Shown: positions 18,700 to 27,891 of the stretch, one piece after another
Layout: each line of letters begins with the position of its first letter
Numbering within the stretch: position 1 is the first letter of the stretch
NCBI RefSeq assembly: GCF_000981785.2
Contig: NZ_CP011304.1
Location: 840,001 to 872,000, forward strand
Direction of reading: 5' to 3'
DNA from: Microcystis aeruginosa NIES-2549
GTDB taxonomy: Bacteria; Cyanobacteriota; Cyanobacteriia; Cyanobacteriales; Microcystaceae
Length of the DNA: 32,000 nucleotides
The notes under the pieces: model-generated
What the model saw: only the letters and a program-made list of their open reading frames with translations
Told to the model about the DNA's origin: nothing
The model's database searches: none
Translations under genes and position numbers: made by a program

Positions 18700-20589
18700 A
18701 TGACACTGCTGACGGTTCGATCGCTCAAAAAAGACTTCGGTATCAAGGAAATTCTCAAAGATGCGAGTTTTAGTCTCGATGATCGCGATAAAGTCGGCCT
18801 GATCGGTACGAATGGATCGGGAAAATCGACCCTATTGAAAATGATCGCCGGTTTAGAATCGATCGATGGTGGCGAAATTCAAATCAATTCGGGGATGAAA
18901 ATCGTCTATTTACCCCAGCAACCCGATCTAGACGACGATAAAACGGTTTTAGAGCAGGTTTTCGCCGATAGTGGCGAAAGCATGACTTTAATCAAGGAAT
19001 ACGAGGAATTGTCCGATCGCCTTGTCCATGAGCCAGAAAATCTGGATACTATTATGGAACGTTTGTCAAGGGTTTCGCAACAAATTGATAAACTTGCCGC
19101 CTGGGATTTAGAAACCAATGCTAAAGTTATTTTAAGTAAACTGGGTATCGATAATTTTAATGCTCGCGTGGGAGATTTATCGGGGGGATATCGCAAAAGA
19201 ATCGCCATCGCTACCGCACTTTTAGCCGATCCTGACTGTTTATTGATGGATGAACCCACCAACCATTTAGACGCGCTTTCCGTGGAGTGGTTACAGAGTT
19301 ATTTGTCCCGTTTTCGGGGAGGATTATTATTAATTACTCATGATCGCTATTTTCTCGATCGAGTGACTAATCGCATCATTGAAATCGATCGGGGAGACTT
19401 ATCTACTTATTCCGGTAATTATGCCTATTATCTAGAAAAAAAAGCCTTAGCGGAAGAATCGATCGCCAGTAGTCAACGCAAACACGCGGGAGTTTTACGA
19501 CGGGAATTAGAATGGTTATCCCGGGGACCAAAAGCGCGCAGTACCAAACAAAAAGCGCGGATCGATCGCATTCAAGCAATGGGTAATAAGGAATTTAAAC
19601 AGGTGGAGGGAAAAGTCGATATTGCCACCGCAGGAAGACGCATCGGCAAAAAAGTTATTGAAGTAGAAAAAATCTCGAAAGCTTACGGAGATCGCACTTT
19701 AATTAAAGATTTTACCTATATTTTTACCCCCGAAGATCGCATCGGTATTATTGGCAGTAATGGGGTAGGAAAATCTACTCTCATGGATATTATTACCGGG
19801 AAAACTCTCCCCGATTCAGGCACAGTTGACATCGGTTCCACTATTCATATTGGTTACTTCGATCAACAATCCGATGATCTCAATATCAACGAAAATCAAA
19901 GAGTAATCGAATATCTGAAAAGTGTGGCCGAATTAGTCAAAACCCTAGACGGCATCGTCATCACCGCTTCCCAGATGTTAGAAAAATTTCTCTTTCCTCC
20001 CGATCAACAGTATGCACCAATTTATAAACTTTCTGGAGGGGAAAGAAGACGCTTATTTTTACTACGAGTTTTGATGAGTGCGCCTAATGTTTTAATCTTA
20101 GATGAACCCACCAATGATCTCGATGTGCAGACTTTAGCAATTTTAGAAGAATATTTAGAGGACTTTAACGGTTGTGTGATTGTTGTTTCCCATGATCGCT
20201 ATTTTCTCGATCGAGTAGTTGATACTATTTTTTCCTTTGAAACTGGGGGTAATATCCGTCAATATCCGGGTAATTATTCCCTTTATCTCGATCAGAAAAA
20301 AGAGGAGGAGGAACCAAAAGAAAAAAAAGTCACCCCAAAAACTGTTAAAGCTTCTCCCTCACCCGTCAATAAAAAAATCTCTTTTAAAGAGAAAAAAGAA
20401 TACGAAGACATCGAAAAACAAATACCAATTTTAGAAGCAAAAAAAGCTGAAATTGAACAGGTACTTTATGGAGAACCCCTAGAAGATTTTACCAAAATAA
20501 CCGCGCTGACCGAAGAATTAGCTCAATTGAGTCAAAAAATTGATACTTTAACCGATCGCTGGTTAGAATTAGCGGAAAAATTAGGCTAG
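18700..20589 (+). CDS. ABC-F family ATPase (Uup-like, two ABC domains plus a charged C-terminal coiled coil)
   Basis: Two Walker A motifs (GTNGSGKST and GSNGVGKST), two ABC signatures (LSGGYRKR and LSGGERRR), no TM domain, a Lys/Glu-rich linker and a C-terminal helical tail. Confidence 0.9.
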   Translation: MTLLTVRSLKKDFGIKEILKDASFSLDDRDKVGLIGTNGSGKSTLLKMIAGLESIDGGEIQINSGMKIVYLPQQPDLDDDKTVLEQVFADSGESMTLIKEYEELSDRLVHEPENLDTIMERLSRVSQQIDKLAAWDLETNAKVILSKLGIDNFNARVGDLSGGYRKRIAIATALLADPDCLLMDEPTNHLDALSVEWLQSYLSRFRGGLLLITHDRYFLDRVTNRIIEIDRGDLSTYSGNYAYYLEKKALAEESIASSQRKHAGVLRRELEWLSRGPKARSTKQKARIDRIQAMGNKEFKQVEGKVDIATAGRRIGKKVIEVEKISKAYGDRTLIKDFTYIFTPEDRIGIIGSNGVGKSTLMDIITGKTLPDSGTVDIGSTIHIGYFDQQSDDLNINENQRVIEYLKSVAELVKTLDGIVITASQMLEKFLFPPDQQYAPIYKLSGGERRRLFLLRVLMSAPNVLILDEPTNDLDVQTLAILEEYLEDFNGCVIVVSHDRYFLDRVVDTIFSFETGGNIRQYPGNYSLYLDQKKEEEEPKEKKVTPKTVKASPSPVNKKISFKEKKEYEDIEKQIPILEAKKAEIEQVLYGEPLEDFTKITALTEELAQLSQKIDTLTDRWLELAEKLG

Positions 20590-20618
20590 GATGATCCCTA
20601 TTATCCCGATCGATTTAG

Positions 20619-21089
20619 TCAAAACTGAGTGATAATTTCTGGTGAATCATCCTCATCCATGATCAGATCTACCGACTCCACCCGCAAGAGTGCCAAATTA
20701 TCGTTAACCACCCCTTGAAGATAGATTTCCCCCATCCCTTCACCCCCAAGATCGATCGAGCCAAAAACTTGACCGGTTTTTGTATTAAAATTAAACTGAA
20801 AATAATTAGCTGAGGAAATTCCCTCGCTGACATTATCGTATTTAGCGATCTCTTGACCACTGTTATCATAAAAAGATACCTGAAAATCTTCTAAAACTTG
20901 CATTTTTCCCGAACCTTTTTCTGAAAAGATAGTCGGGGCCGTTTTTTCATCATAACTAAAAGAACCTTTAGCTGTATAACCCTGATTTCCCAACCATTGA
21001 AAATCGATCGTCACTGCTAAAACCCCTTGGCTATTCATGTTAGCAACTAAAAGCAAAGCTAATAGTAAAGTCAATATCCTCTTTTTCAT
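20619..21089 (-). CDS. Secreted hypothetical protein
   Basis: A signal peptide MKKRILTLLLALLLVANMNSQGVLA follows the internal ATG at 21089. The ORF-track start at 21107 is also ATG and adds 6 residues. I recognise no family. Confidence 0.55.
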   Translation of the reverse strand: MKKRILTLLLALLLVANMNSQGVLAVTIDFQWLGNQGYTAKGSFSYDEKTAPTIFSEKGSGKMQVLEDFQVSFYDNSGQEIAKYDNVSEGISSANYFQFNFNTKTGQVFGSIDLGGEGMGEIYLQGVVNDNLALLRVESVDLIMDEDDSPEIITQF

Positions 21090-21303
21090 GGTCAATCCGA
21101 ATATCATTAGTCGGTTATTTCAGTTATCAGTGATCAATCACTACAACTGGTCTTCGGGGGAGAGTCAAGAGGGACTCTTTCTACCCCTATAAACCTTAAG
21201 AAAACTTCAATTACATGGGTACAAGAAAAGGAAACCCGAATGATCTTTTGTCGGGGGGGTAACTTCCGTTTGCTGATATTACCCGATTTTAAGACAAAAA
21301 TCG

Positions 21304-21903
21304 TCAAAAACCGCCATAACGTTCCTCTAACCAGGGATCACCTCGTCGATGGTAGCCATTAAGTTCCCAGAAACCCAATTGCTCTCGATCGAGAAATTCT
21401 AAGCCATTAATCCATTTAGAACTTTTCCAAGCGTAGAGATGGGGAACAACTAAGCGCAGCGGACCACCGTGGTCGGGGGTTAAAGGTTGACCAAACAGTT
21501 GAAAAGCGAAAAAATTATCTTCGTGCAGGAATTCCTCTAGGGTGAGGTTAGTGGTATAACCCCCATAACAGTGTTGCATGACGTGGGTAGCTTCCGGCAA
21601 CAGGTCAATTAAGGCCATAAAATCCGATACCTTAATTCCCGTCCAAGTCACATCTAATTTTGACCAACGGGTGACACAGTGAAAATCCTTAGTAAATTCC
21701 GACTGCGGTAGGGCCATAAAATCCGACCAGTTAAAAATTTTAGTCGTGGCCACCTTTCCCCAAACCTTGAATAACCATTCCTCGGTCTTGATTTGGGGAG
21801 TATCTCCGTAGGTAAGCACAGGAAAACCACTAGCGAGATATTGGCCCGGAGGAACTCGGTCTTGATCGGGAGATTCTGGTTTTTTAAAGAATTTGCCTAA
21901 CAT
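21304..21903 (-). CDS. Sulfite-oxidase-like molybdopterin-binding oxidoreductase (small single-domain form)
   Basis: 199 aa. FTKDFHCVTRWSKLDVTWTGIKVSDF and GGPLRLVVPHLYAWKSSKWINGLEF match the Oxidored_molyb domain core, including the conserved Cys. Confidence 0.75.
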   Translation of the reverse strand: MLGKFFKKPESPDQDRVPPGQYLASGFPVLTYGDTPQIKTEEWLFKVWGKVATTKIFNWSDFMALPQSEFTKDFHCVTRWSKLDVTWTGIKVSDFMALIDLLPEATHVMQHCYGGYTTNLTLEEFLHEDNFFAFQLFGQPLTPDHGGPLRLVVPHLYAWKSSKWINGLEFLDREQLGFWELNGYHRRGDPWLEERYGGF

Positions 21904-22039
21904 TAGTTGAGACTCACAACGAAAACCCTAAACAAATCTTAAAATATTAGGGAGCGAAAAGGTTTTCTATACCTCACTCCCCACCATCAAGTCATTAAAC
22001 CGTCCTAATTTTTCGGGTAACTGAAGACCGATAGGAATA

Positions 22040-22222
22040 TTATTCCTCGTCTCCCCCTTCTTCTTCCTCTTTAGTGGGATAGACAAAGCTGTTAGAACGA
22101 CCAGAAAGAACAGATTTACCCAAAGATAAGGCTTTTTGCGCTTCCCGAGCCGCTTGCTTTCTCCAGTGCGCTCTCCGTTGGTCGCGCTTGGCATTTGAGG
22201 TTTTCTTCTTGGGACAAGCCAT
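22040..22222 (-). CDS. rpmF: 50S ribosomal protein L32
   Basis: [37 protein letters not shown] has the typical L32 N-terminus (xVPKKKTSxxKRDxRR). 60 aa. Confidence 0.9.
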   Translation of the reverse strand: MACPKKKTSNAKRDQRRAHWRKQAAREAQKALSLGKSVLSGRSNSFVYPTKEEEEGGDEE

Positions 22223-22411
22223 AGTATTTTAACGATAGTTATAGACTCACAACCTTTCTATTCTACTCCCTATTTCCCTAATCGGCTCGCCAACTTGTCT
22301 TTATCCCCTACTCACTACTGCCCAAAATATTGATAAAACTTAATAATTATCATTGGCTTACCTATTTATGTTTAAAATCTTATATAGCTATGTAGTCAAG
22401 TAATTTCCATC

Positions 22412-23470
22412 ATGGTCACTACCGTCGAACCTCCCTCCCAGAAAAAAGCTGTTCTGCGCGAAACTATCCTCACCCCTCGTTTTTATACCACCGATTTTGA
22501 GGCTGCCGCTAATTTTGACCTTTCTTTGCAAGAAACCGAAATCAAAGCGATGTTAGAGGAGATGCGAACCGATTATAACCGGCATCACTTTGAACGTCAG
22601 CAAGAATTTGAGAACTATCAAGATAATCTCGATGAAAAAACGAGAAATGCTTTTATAGATTACCTAGAACGCTCCTGTATCTCCGAATTTTCCGGCTTTT
22701 TGTTATTTAAGGAACTGTCACGACAACTAAAAAGCCGTAATCCCTTGTTAGGGGAGATATTTCATCTTATGGCTAGAGACGAGGCGCGTCATGCAGGATT
22801 TCTCAATAAAGCCATGGCTGACTTTAATATTTCCCTCGATCTAGCCAAAATTACCAAAACCCGTACCTACACCTTTTTCCCCCTTGAATGGGTTTTATAT
22901 ACGGTCTATCTCTCCGAAAAAATCGGTTATTGGCGTTATATCCTCATTTATCGTCATTTACAAGAACATCCCCAGTATAAATTTAATCCTCTCTTTAATT
23001 ACTTCGAGAGTTGGTGTCAGGACGAAAATCGCCACGGAGATATCTTTAAAACCTTACTGCGAGCTAAACCACAATTGTGGAATAATTGGCGATCGAGATT
23101 ATGGAGTCGTTTTTTTCTGCTTTCCGTCTTTGCTACCCATAGTTTAACTGTACGCGAACGCTCAGACTTTTATGATGCTTTGGGAATGGATGCGATCGCT
23201 TTTGATCAAGAGGTAATTCGCCAGACTAATAATACCTCCGCTCGCGCTTTTCCCACCATTTTAAATGTGGACCATCCCCAATTTTTCCCCCGTTTAAACC
23301 GTTGTGCCGAACGTAATTTACAATTAAAAGCGATCGATGAAAGTAGCGCTCCTCAATGGCTAAAAACAGTCCGTAAGTTACCCTTACAGCTAGGTATCGT
23401 CGGGGATCTATTGCGATTGTATCTAATTAAACCCATAGATGCAGAAGCCACCAGAGAAATGGTACTTTAA
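22412..23470 (+). CDS. acsF: Aerobic magnesium-protoporphyrin IX monomethyl ester oxidative cyclase
   Basis: 352 aa. ETILTPRFYTTDF plus the di-iron ExxH motifs (ARDEARHAGF and CQDENRHGDIF) are characteristic of AcsF/CycI/ChlA. Confidence 0.92.
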   Translation: MVTTVEPPSQKKAVLRETILTPRFYTTDFEAAANFDLSLQETEIKAMLEEMRTDYNRHHFERQQEFENYQDNLDEKTRNAFIDYLERSCISEFSGFLLFKELSRQLKSRNPLLGEIFHLMARDEARHAGFLNKAMADFNISLDLAKITKTRTYTFFPLEWVLYTVYLSEKIGYWRYILIYRHLQEHPQYKFNPLFNYFESWCQDENRHGDIFKTLLRAKPQLWNNWRSRLWSRFFLLSVFATHSLTVRERSDFYDALGMDAIAFDQEVIRQTNNTSARAFPTILNVDHPQFFPRLNRCAERNLQLKAIDESSAPQWLKTVRKLPLQLGIVGDLLRLYLIKPIDAEATREMVL

Positions 23471-23471
23471 T

Positions 23472-23513
23472 CAGTTATCAGTTATCAGTTATCAGTTATC
23501 AGTTATCAGTTCA
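23472..23513 (+). repeat. Heptamer tandem array (CAGTTAT)x5 plus one variant unit, starting 1 nt after the acsF stop
   Basis: TCAGTTATCAGTTATCAGTTATCAGTTATCAGTTATCAGTTCACAG, read directly from the sequence. A short (CATAATT)x2 follows at 23541-23554. Confidence 0.95.
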
Positions 23514-23554
23514 CAGCAAAAAACTCCCCAATTTCCAATTCATAATTCATAATT

Positions 23555-23660
23555 CCCACACCCCACACCCCACACCCCACACCCTACACCCCACACCCCA
23601 CACCCCACACCCTACACCCCACACCCTACACCCTACACCCTACACCCTACACCCTACCCC
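23555..23660 (+). repeat. Heptamer tandem array with 14 full units of ACACCCC/ACACCCT (STRR-like). The complementary strand is (GGGGTGT)/(AGGGTGT).
   Basis: Parsed unit by unit from 23558. The variant order is C C C T C C C T C T T T T T (7 of each), followed by a partial unit. Confidence 0.95.
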
Positions 23661-23869
23661 AACGAAAAACTTTTTCAGCAGACCCTAAGTAGTCGTGCCA
23701 AATTAATTTCCTCAACCTTGACGAGAAATTCTGTAAACTTTGCTCAAAAGCTGCGTAAATTCTGTATTTTCTCTGGAAGTCTTAGATATAGCCTTTAGAA
23801 TCGTGATCATAGCACTAGGCTAATTCAGATCAATTAAACTTCTTCCTCACTCCCGACTTTGTTAGTATC

Positions 23870-24490
23870 ATGAAACCTAACTCTGGCCGTAAACGTTTAT
23901 TATCCCTGATATCTGCTGTTTCTTGTAGTTCCCTGTTGATTTTATCCCCTCTAGCCCAGAGAGCGCAAGCAGACGATATTACGGATGCCTTAGAAGCGGT
24001 AATTGAATATACGGCTCAATTACACCAGATCAATTTTAAGTATTTGTTAAGCAATGGCCCGATAACCACTCCCTGCGGCGTAATTTCCCTAGCGGCTTTC
24101 TGCACTGTAGATAATACAGTCTATGTCAATCTCAAGCAAGTTACTCGCATTAGTGATAATCCCCTATTTCCCCTTTACGCCGTCGCTCACGAGGCTGCTC
24201 ACGCTGTTCAGTGGAATCGGGGTATCGGTGGCATCGATGAAGGTGGAATGAGCATCGGCATTGAATTACAGGCCGATTGTCTAGCAGGAGATACCCTTTC
24301 CTGGTTATTTACCGAAGCGAGAGGTTTATCCAAACAGGATTATATAATAGCGGGAAAACTTCTAGCGGAAGCGGCCTCGGAAGTGGGCGATTTTGAGGCC
24401 CCCAATCGCTCCCACGGGACACCACAACAGCGAGGTGATTCGGTCTTACAAGGATTCTACGGGGAAAATCATGAAACTTGTATGCGTTAG
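23870..24490 (+). CDS. Secreted putative neutral zinc metallopeptidase (YpfJ/Zn_peptidase_2-like)
   Basis: Signal peptide (LLSLISAVSCSSLLILSPLAQRAQA), the HExxH motif in AVAHEAAHAVQ, and ELQADCLAG downstream, as in the PF04228-type family. Confidence 0.65.
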   Translation: MKPNSGRKRLLSLISAVSCSSLLILSPLAQRAQADDITDALEAVIEYTAQLHQINFKYLLSNGPITTPCGVISLAAFCTVDNTVYVNLKQVTRISDNPLFPLYAVAHEAAHAVQWNRGIGGIDEGGMSIGIELQADCLAGDTLSWLFTEARGLSKQDYIIAGKLLAEAASEVGDFEAPNRSHGTPQQRGDSVLQGFYGENHETCMR

Positions 24491-24541
24491 CTAACAATCA
24501 AGGCTGTATTTCCCCTAGAATGCCTAAAAAAGCCTAAAAAA

Positions 24542-24712
24542 CTACTGTAACCCTAACCAAGATAACAGACCTTGGCCAGTGAGATACTCGATCAACAGGG
24601 TGATCACAAAACCAATCATAGCAGCCCTACCGTTGAGGCGCTCGGCATAGTCATTAAAGCCAAATTTGGGGTCTTCTAATTTGGGGGTTTGAGTCGGTTG
24701 TGGTTCAGTCAT
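24542..24712 (-). CDS. hli: High-light-inducible protein (HLIP/Scp, one-helix CAB family). Absent from the ORF track because it is under 60 aa.
   Basis: Manual translation gives [56 protein letters not shown] (56 aa). It contains the chlorophyll-binding ERxNGRxAMxGF motif followed by a single TM helix. Confidence 0.85.
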   Translation of the reverse strand: MTEPQPTQTPKLEDPKFGFNDYAERLNGRAAMIGFVITLLIEYLTGQGLLSWLGLQ

Positions 24713-24716
24713 GATC

Positions 24717-24745
24717 TTTACAGGCCGTTTACATTTCTTTACTAT
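24717..24745 (+). promoter_or_regulatory. HLR1-like direct repeats (candidate RpaB site) immediately upstream of hli
   Basis: TTTACATT-TC-TTTACTAT (24728-24745) matches the HLR1 consensus (G/T)TTACA(T/A)(T/A)-N2-(G/T)TTACA(T/A)(T/A) at 15 of 16 positions. A third TTTACA lies at 24717-24722. The site is 5-33 nt from the hli ATG, on the opposite strand. Confidence 0.45.
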
Positions 24746-24800
24746 TCTAGCGGAGTTAGAAGTTAGGTTGTAACTAATTTCTAACTCCTCCCTATTTGCC

Positions 24801-25529
24801 CTAATCCCGACCGTTAAGAGCGATTAAAAGGCGCAGAATAAAGATAAATAGGTTGATATAGGTCAAATACATCGATAAAGCAGCACTGAGATACTGTTCA
24901 TCTCTGTAGGTACGGGGCAAGATGTAAAAGTCCACCACTGCGGAGCCTGCAAACAAGAAAACCCCGATGCCAGAAATAGCGATTTCTAACCAGGTGGGAG
25001 TACCGCCACCAAAGATAGAGAAAATTAGCTGACCAATGAGAACAATAAAAAGAGCGAGAATACCGATGCTCACGGTTTGAGTCAGGGCTAAACCATCTTT
25101 TTCCGACAGATTCGAGCCGATATTCCGTCCCAACACAAAAGCGAGGCCGCAACCGAGGGCAGCAATTGCTACACCTCGCAAACCGACACCGGAAGTACCT
25201 AGGGCCACATAGACGATTCCACTGAGAGTATAGCCAGAAAGAAGGCTATAGAGAGTCAGCAGGGGCAGAGCAGTGCCTGTATTGCCGCTTTCCGCACTAT
25301 TACGCGCGACAAAAAATAAAATAATCTCGGCAACTATGGCGACAAAGAAAGTCGGGAAGAAAATCTGGGGATAGGATTGGATCACACCTAAACCGCCATA
25401 GGTTCCCACCGCAGTCAAAATTAGACCGCCACCGAGATAGGGCAAGGCCTTGGGGATAACATTAGGGCCGATAAGTGCTTGGCTTTTAGCCTCGCGTAAA
25501 GCTTGACGAAAATTACTGGTATTACTCAT
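24801..25529 (-). CDS. Bax inhibitor-1/YccA family integral membrane protein
   Basis: Seven predicted TM helices and a charged C-terminal tail, with overall similarity to BI-1/YccA proteins. The ORF-track start at 25562 is a TTG, so I prefer the ATG at 25529 ([15 protein letters not shown]). Confidence 0.7.
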   Translation of the reverse strand: MSNTSNFRQALREAKSQALIGPNVIPKALPYLGGGLILTAVGTYGGLGVIQSYPQIFFPTFFVAIVAEIILFFVARNSAESGNTGTALPLLTLYSLLSGYTLSGIVYVALGTSGVGLRGVAIAALGCGLAFVLGRNIGSNLSEKDGLALTQTVSIGILALFIVLIGQLIFSIFGGGTPTWLEIAISGIGVFLFAGSAVVDFYILPRTYRDEQYLSAALSMYLTYINLFIFILRLLIALNGRD

Positions 25530-25805
25530 GGTGACTAGGTTCGAGATACTTGTCTCAATCAATCTTGTTAAACAGAAACTATTCTTGATTAGTTCGTCAA
25601 GAATGCTGAATCGCAGGGAAGAAAAAAAAGTAATCTTCTCCCCCGCATCGATTCCCTCTTGATTGTAACGAAAAGACTAGGGATCGAGCTAGAAGCCACT
25701 GTTTTCTCCCCTCTTGACTGATCAAGTTACCTTAAACCGAAGACCGATTCAAGGCGATCCTCGCCCGTCAACTGGATATTTCCTGTTTTTATTAATTACA
25801 ATCTT

Positions 25806-26786
25806 CTAGAGTATCCCCTGACCTAAAGCCAAACCTGTCACCAACATTCCTAACACTAGAAAAGGCTGGGCGCTGGCTTGATATTTGACATCATTTTTGA
25901 GCGGATCCCGCAGAAAATACATATCTTGGAAAGTGATCTGAGGGATAATTAATAACAGTAAAATAGCGGCATAAAGATTCTGATGAATACTAATCAGATA
26001 ACCCGCAATTCCTGCTTGAAAAACATCGATCATAATCACACAAATCCAAGCAGCGGTCGTAATTCCAAACATGACTGGCAAGGATTTTAAGCCTAATTTT
26101 TCGTCACCTTCCACACTTTTAAAGTCGTTAACTACAGCAATGCCTAACCCCGCTAGACTATAGATGAGGGTTAGGATCATAATTGTCCCATTTAACTGAC
26201 CAAAAAGGGCGTGACCTGCCCACCAAGGTAATGCTATATAACTAGCACCGAGGGCATAATTACCCAGCCAACCATTTTGTTTTAATTTTAAAGGTGGCGC
26301 TGAATAAATATAGGCAATAAAAGAACCAAATAGGGTTAAACAGAGCATGATCGGGAAATCATGACCGGCCCAGCGATCGAGAAGATAAGATATTCCTAAC
26401 CCAGCCGCTAATAAAACCAAAATCTGGCCGACTACTTGCCGAATAGAAATCACCCCCGAAGGAATCGGACGATAGGGTTCATTAATTGCATCGATTTCTC
26501 GATCGTAAAAATCATTTAAAGTTTGGGTATAACCGGTCATCAACGGACCGGAAAGTAACATACAGGTGGCTGCTTTTAAGACATCTTCTAAAGACCAAGT
26601 ATAATTACCCGATGAAGCAGCCCCACAGACAACCCCCCAAATCAGGGGAATCCAAGTGATCGGCTTCATCAATTGTAAGCGGATTTTCCAGAGGGAGGTT
26701 TCTGCCGATGAGGCCCCTTTCATGCCCAATAATTGGCGAGTTTTGGCCCCTCGCTCGTCCTTGTTTTCTATCTCTGTGTTCGACAT
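25806..26786 (-). CDS. chlG: Chlorophyll a synthase (UbiA prenyltransferase family)
   Basis: 326 aa. LLGMKGA...WKIRLQLMKPITWIPLIWGVVCGAASSG and NDFYDREIDAINEPYRPIPSG (the Asp-rich prenyltransferase motif) are typical of ChlG. Confidence 0.9.
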   Translation of the reverse strand: MSNTEIENKDERGAKTRQLLGMKGASSAETSLWKIRLQLMKPITWIPLIWGVVCGAASSGNYTWSLEDVLKAATCMLLSGPLMTGYTQTLNDFYDREIDAINEPYRPIPSGVISIRQVVGQILVLLAAGLGISYLLDRWAGHDFPIMLCLTLFGSFIAYIYSAPPLKLKQNGWLGNYALGASYIALPWWAGHALFGQLNGTIMILTLIYSLAGLGIAVVNDFKSVEGDEKLGLKSLPVMFGITTAAWICVIMIDVFQAGIAGYLISIHQNLYAAILLLLIIPQITFQDMYFLRDPLKNDVKYQASAQPFLVLGMLVTGLALGQGIL

Positions 26787-26792
26787 AATCCC

Positions 26793-27869
26793 TTAAAAAG
26801 AAATAATTAAGTAACCGTCTTGGAATTTGGCCCCTTTTACCCCTCGTCCGGTTAGAGGCGGTGGTACATCAATATTACGCCGTTGATCCCCGGCTTCGAT
26901 GGTTAATTCTGGACCGGATTGCGTCAGTTTTACCTGTTTTTTCTCGAATCCGGGTAAATAAACCTTGACCTGAGCGGCTGCCGTATCGATTATTAACGGT
27001 TTGGGCGGCTGCACCGTGAGAAAGTTGGGTAAATCGGCGATTAACTCCTGCCAATCTTCTCCTTGACGGTCCGGTAAAATCGCCGCCGGCAGCGGGGCAA
27101 AATCCTCCGTAGCACTCTGACAGCGATTAAAAATCACTCCCCCCACATTTAAACCGATTTGCTGGGCCGCACCCCAAAGATATTTGGCCTCTGCGATCGC
27201 AATTGGATCATCATTGGTGACTAGATAGGCTAAAACTCGCCGAGGATCGGCTAAAGCGGAGCGCCCCTCGTCTAAAATGTTATTATCGCCCTTCTGACCT
27301 AAACCGTCGGGATTAAAGGAGAAATTCAGCACGGCAGCGGCAATCGGTTGGAAAAAGGGGGAAAGGGTGCGACCGATCTCGGAATCGCTGAAAACCTGCC
27401 GAAAACGCCGTGAATACCAGCTACCCACCTCGGGAATCCCCAACATTCGCAGACTGTTGATATCTCCGCTGCCGTCGTAGATGATGACATCGTAATTTCC
27501 GCTTTTATGCTGTTCCCGCAGGAAATTTAAAGCTAGAGCTTGATCCATTCCGGGTAAAATGCCCAACTCTTGACCATAAACATTTTTCAAGGTGGGAGAA
27601 CGCAAATACTGCTTTTCCAATTCCTTGACTTCTTCCCAACTTTTTTCTAGTAACTGTGTACTACTAAGCTGCACAACCGAGAGATTAGGGGCAATTTCCG
27701 TAATGGAGGAGCTAGGGGAGGCCTTGAGGAGTAATCCCCAAGCAGGGCCGGAATCTTGACCGATCAAGAGAACTTTTGACCCCAGACCAGCCATTTTCTT
27801 TGCCGAAGCGATCGCTATTGTACTGCGACCGCTGCCCCCCTTGCCCAAAAAGGTCAAAATTAAGGACAT
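26793..27869 (-). CDS. ArsA/Get3-family P-loop protein with a degenerate Walker A and a C-terminal HSP20-like (ArsA_HSP20) domain
   Basis: The N-terminus ILTFLGKGGSGRSTIAIASAKKMAGLGSKVLLIGQD resembles the deviant Walker A of ArsA/Get3 (GKGGVGKT), but the second Lys is Arg. The C-terminus VKVYLPGFEKKQVKLTQSGPELTIEAGDQRRNIDVP looks like an alpha-crystallin-type beta sandwich. The stop codon lies 6 nt upstream of the chlG ATG. Confidence 0.7.
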   Translation of the reverse strand: MSLILTFLGKGGSGRSTIAIASAKKMAGLGSKVLLIGQDSGPAWGLLLKASPSSSITEIAPNLSVVQLSSTQLLEKSWEEVKELEKQYLRSPTLKNVYGQELGILPGMDQALALNFLREQHKSGNYDVIIYDGSGDINSLRMLGIPEVGSWYSRRFRQVFSDSEIGRTLSPFFQPIAAAVLNFSFNPDGLGQKGDNNILDEGRSALADPRRVLAYLVTNDDPIAIAEAKYLWGAAQQIGLNVGGVIFNRCQSATEDFAPLPAAILPDRQGEDWQELIADLPNFLTVQPPKPLIIDTAAAQVKVYLPGFEKKQVKLTQSGPELTIEAGDQRRNIDVPPPLTGRGVKGAKFQDGYLIISF

Positions 27870-27891
27870 AATTAATTCCTAAGCGTTGTAT

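Noticed and set aside
21967-22194. 75-aa minus-strand ORF overlapping rpmF
   Set aside because: It overlaps the L32 gene in another frame, and L32 has an unmistakable N-terminal signature. The alternative product has no recognisable features.
23472-23660. Telomere-like or CRISPR-like interpretation of the heptamer arrays
   Set aside because: The 7-nt period without spacers excludes CRISPR. The internal chromosomal position between two ordinary genes, and the known STRR heptamer class in cyanobacteria, make a telomere function implausible.
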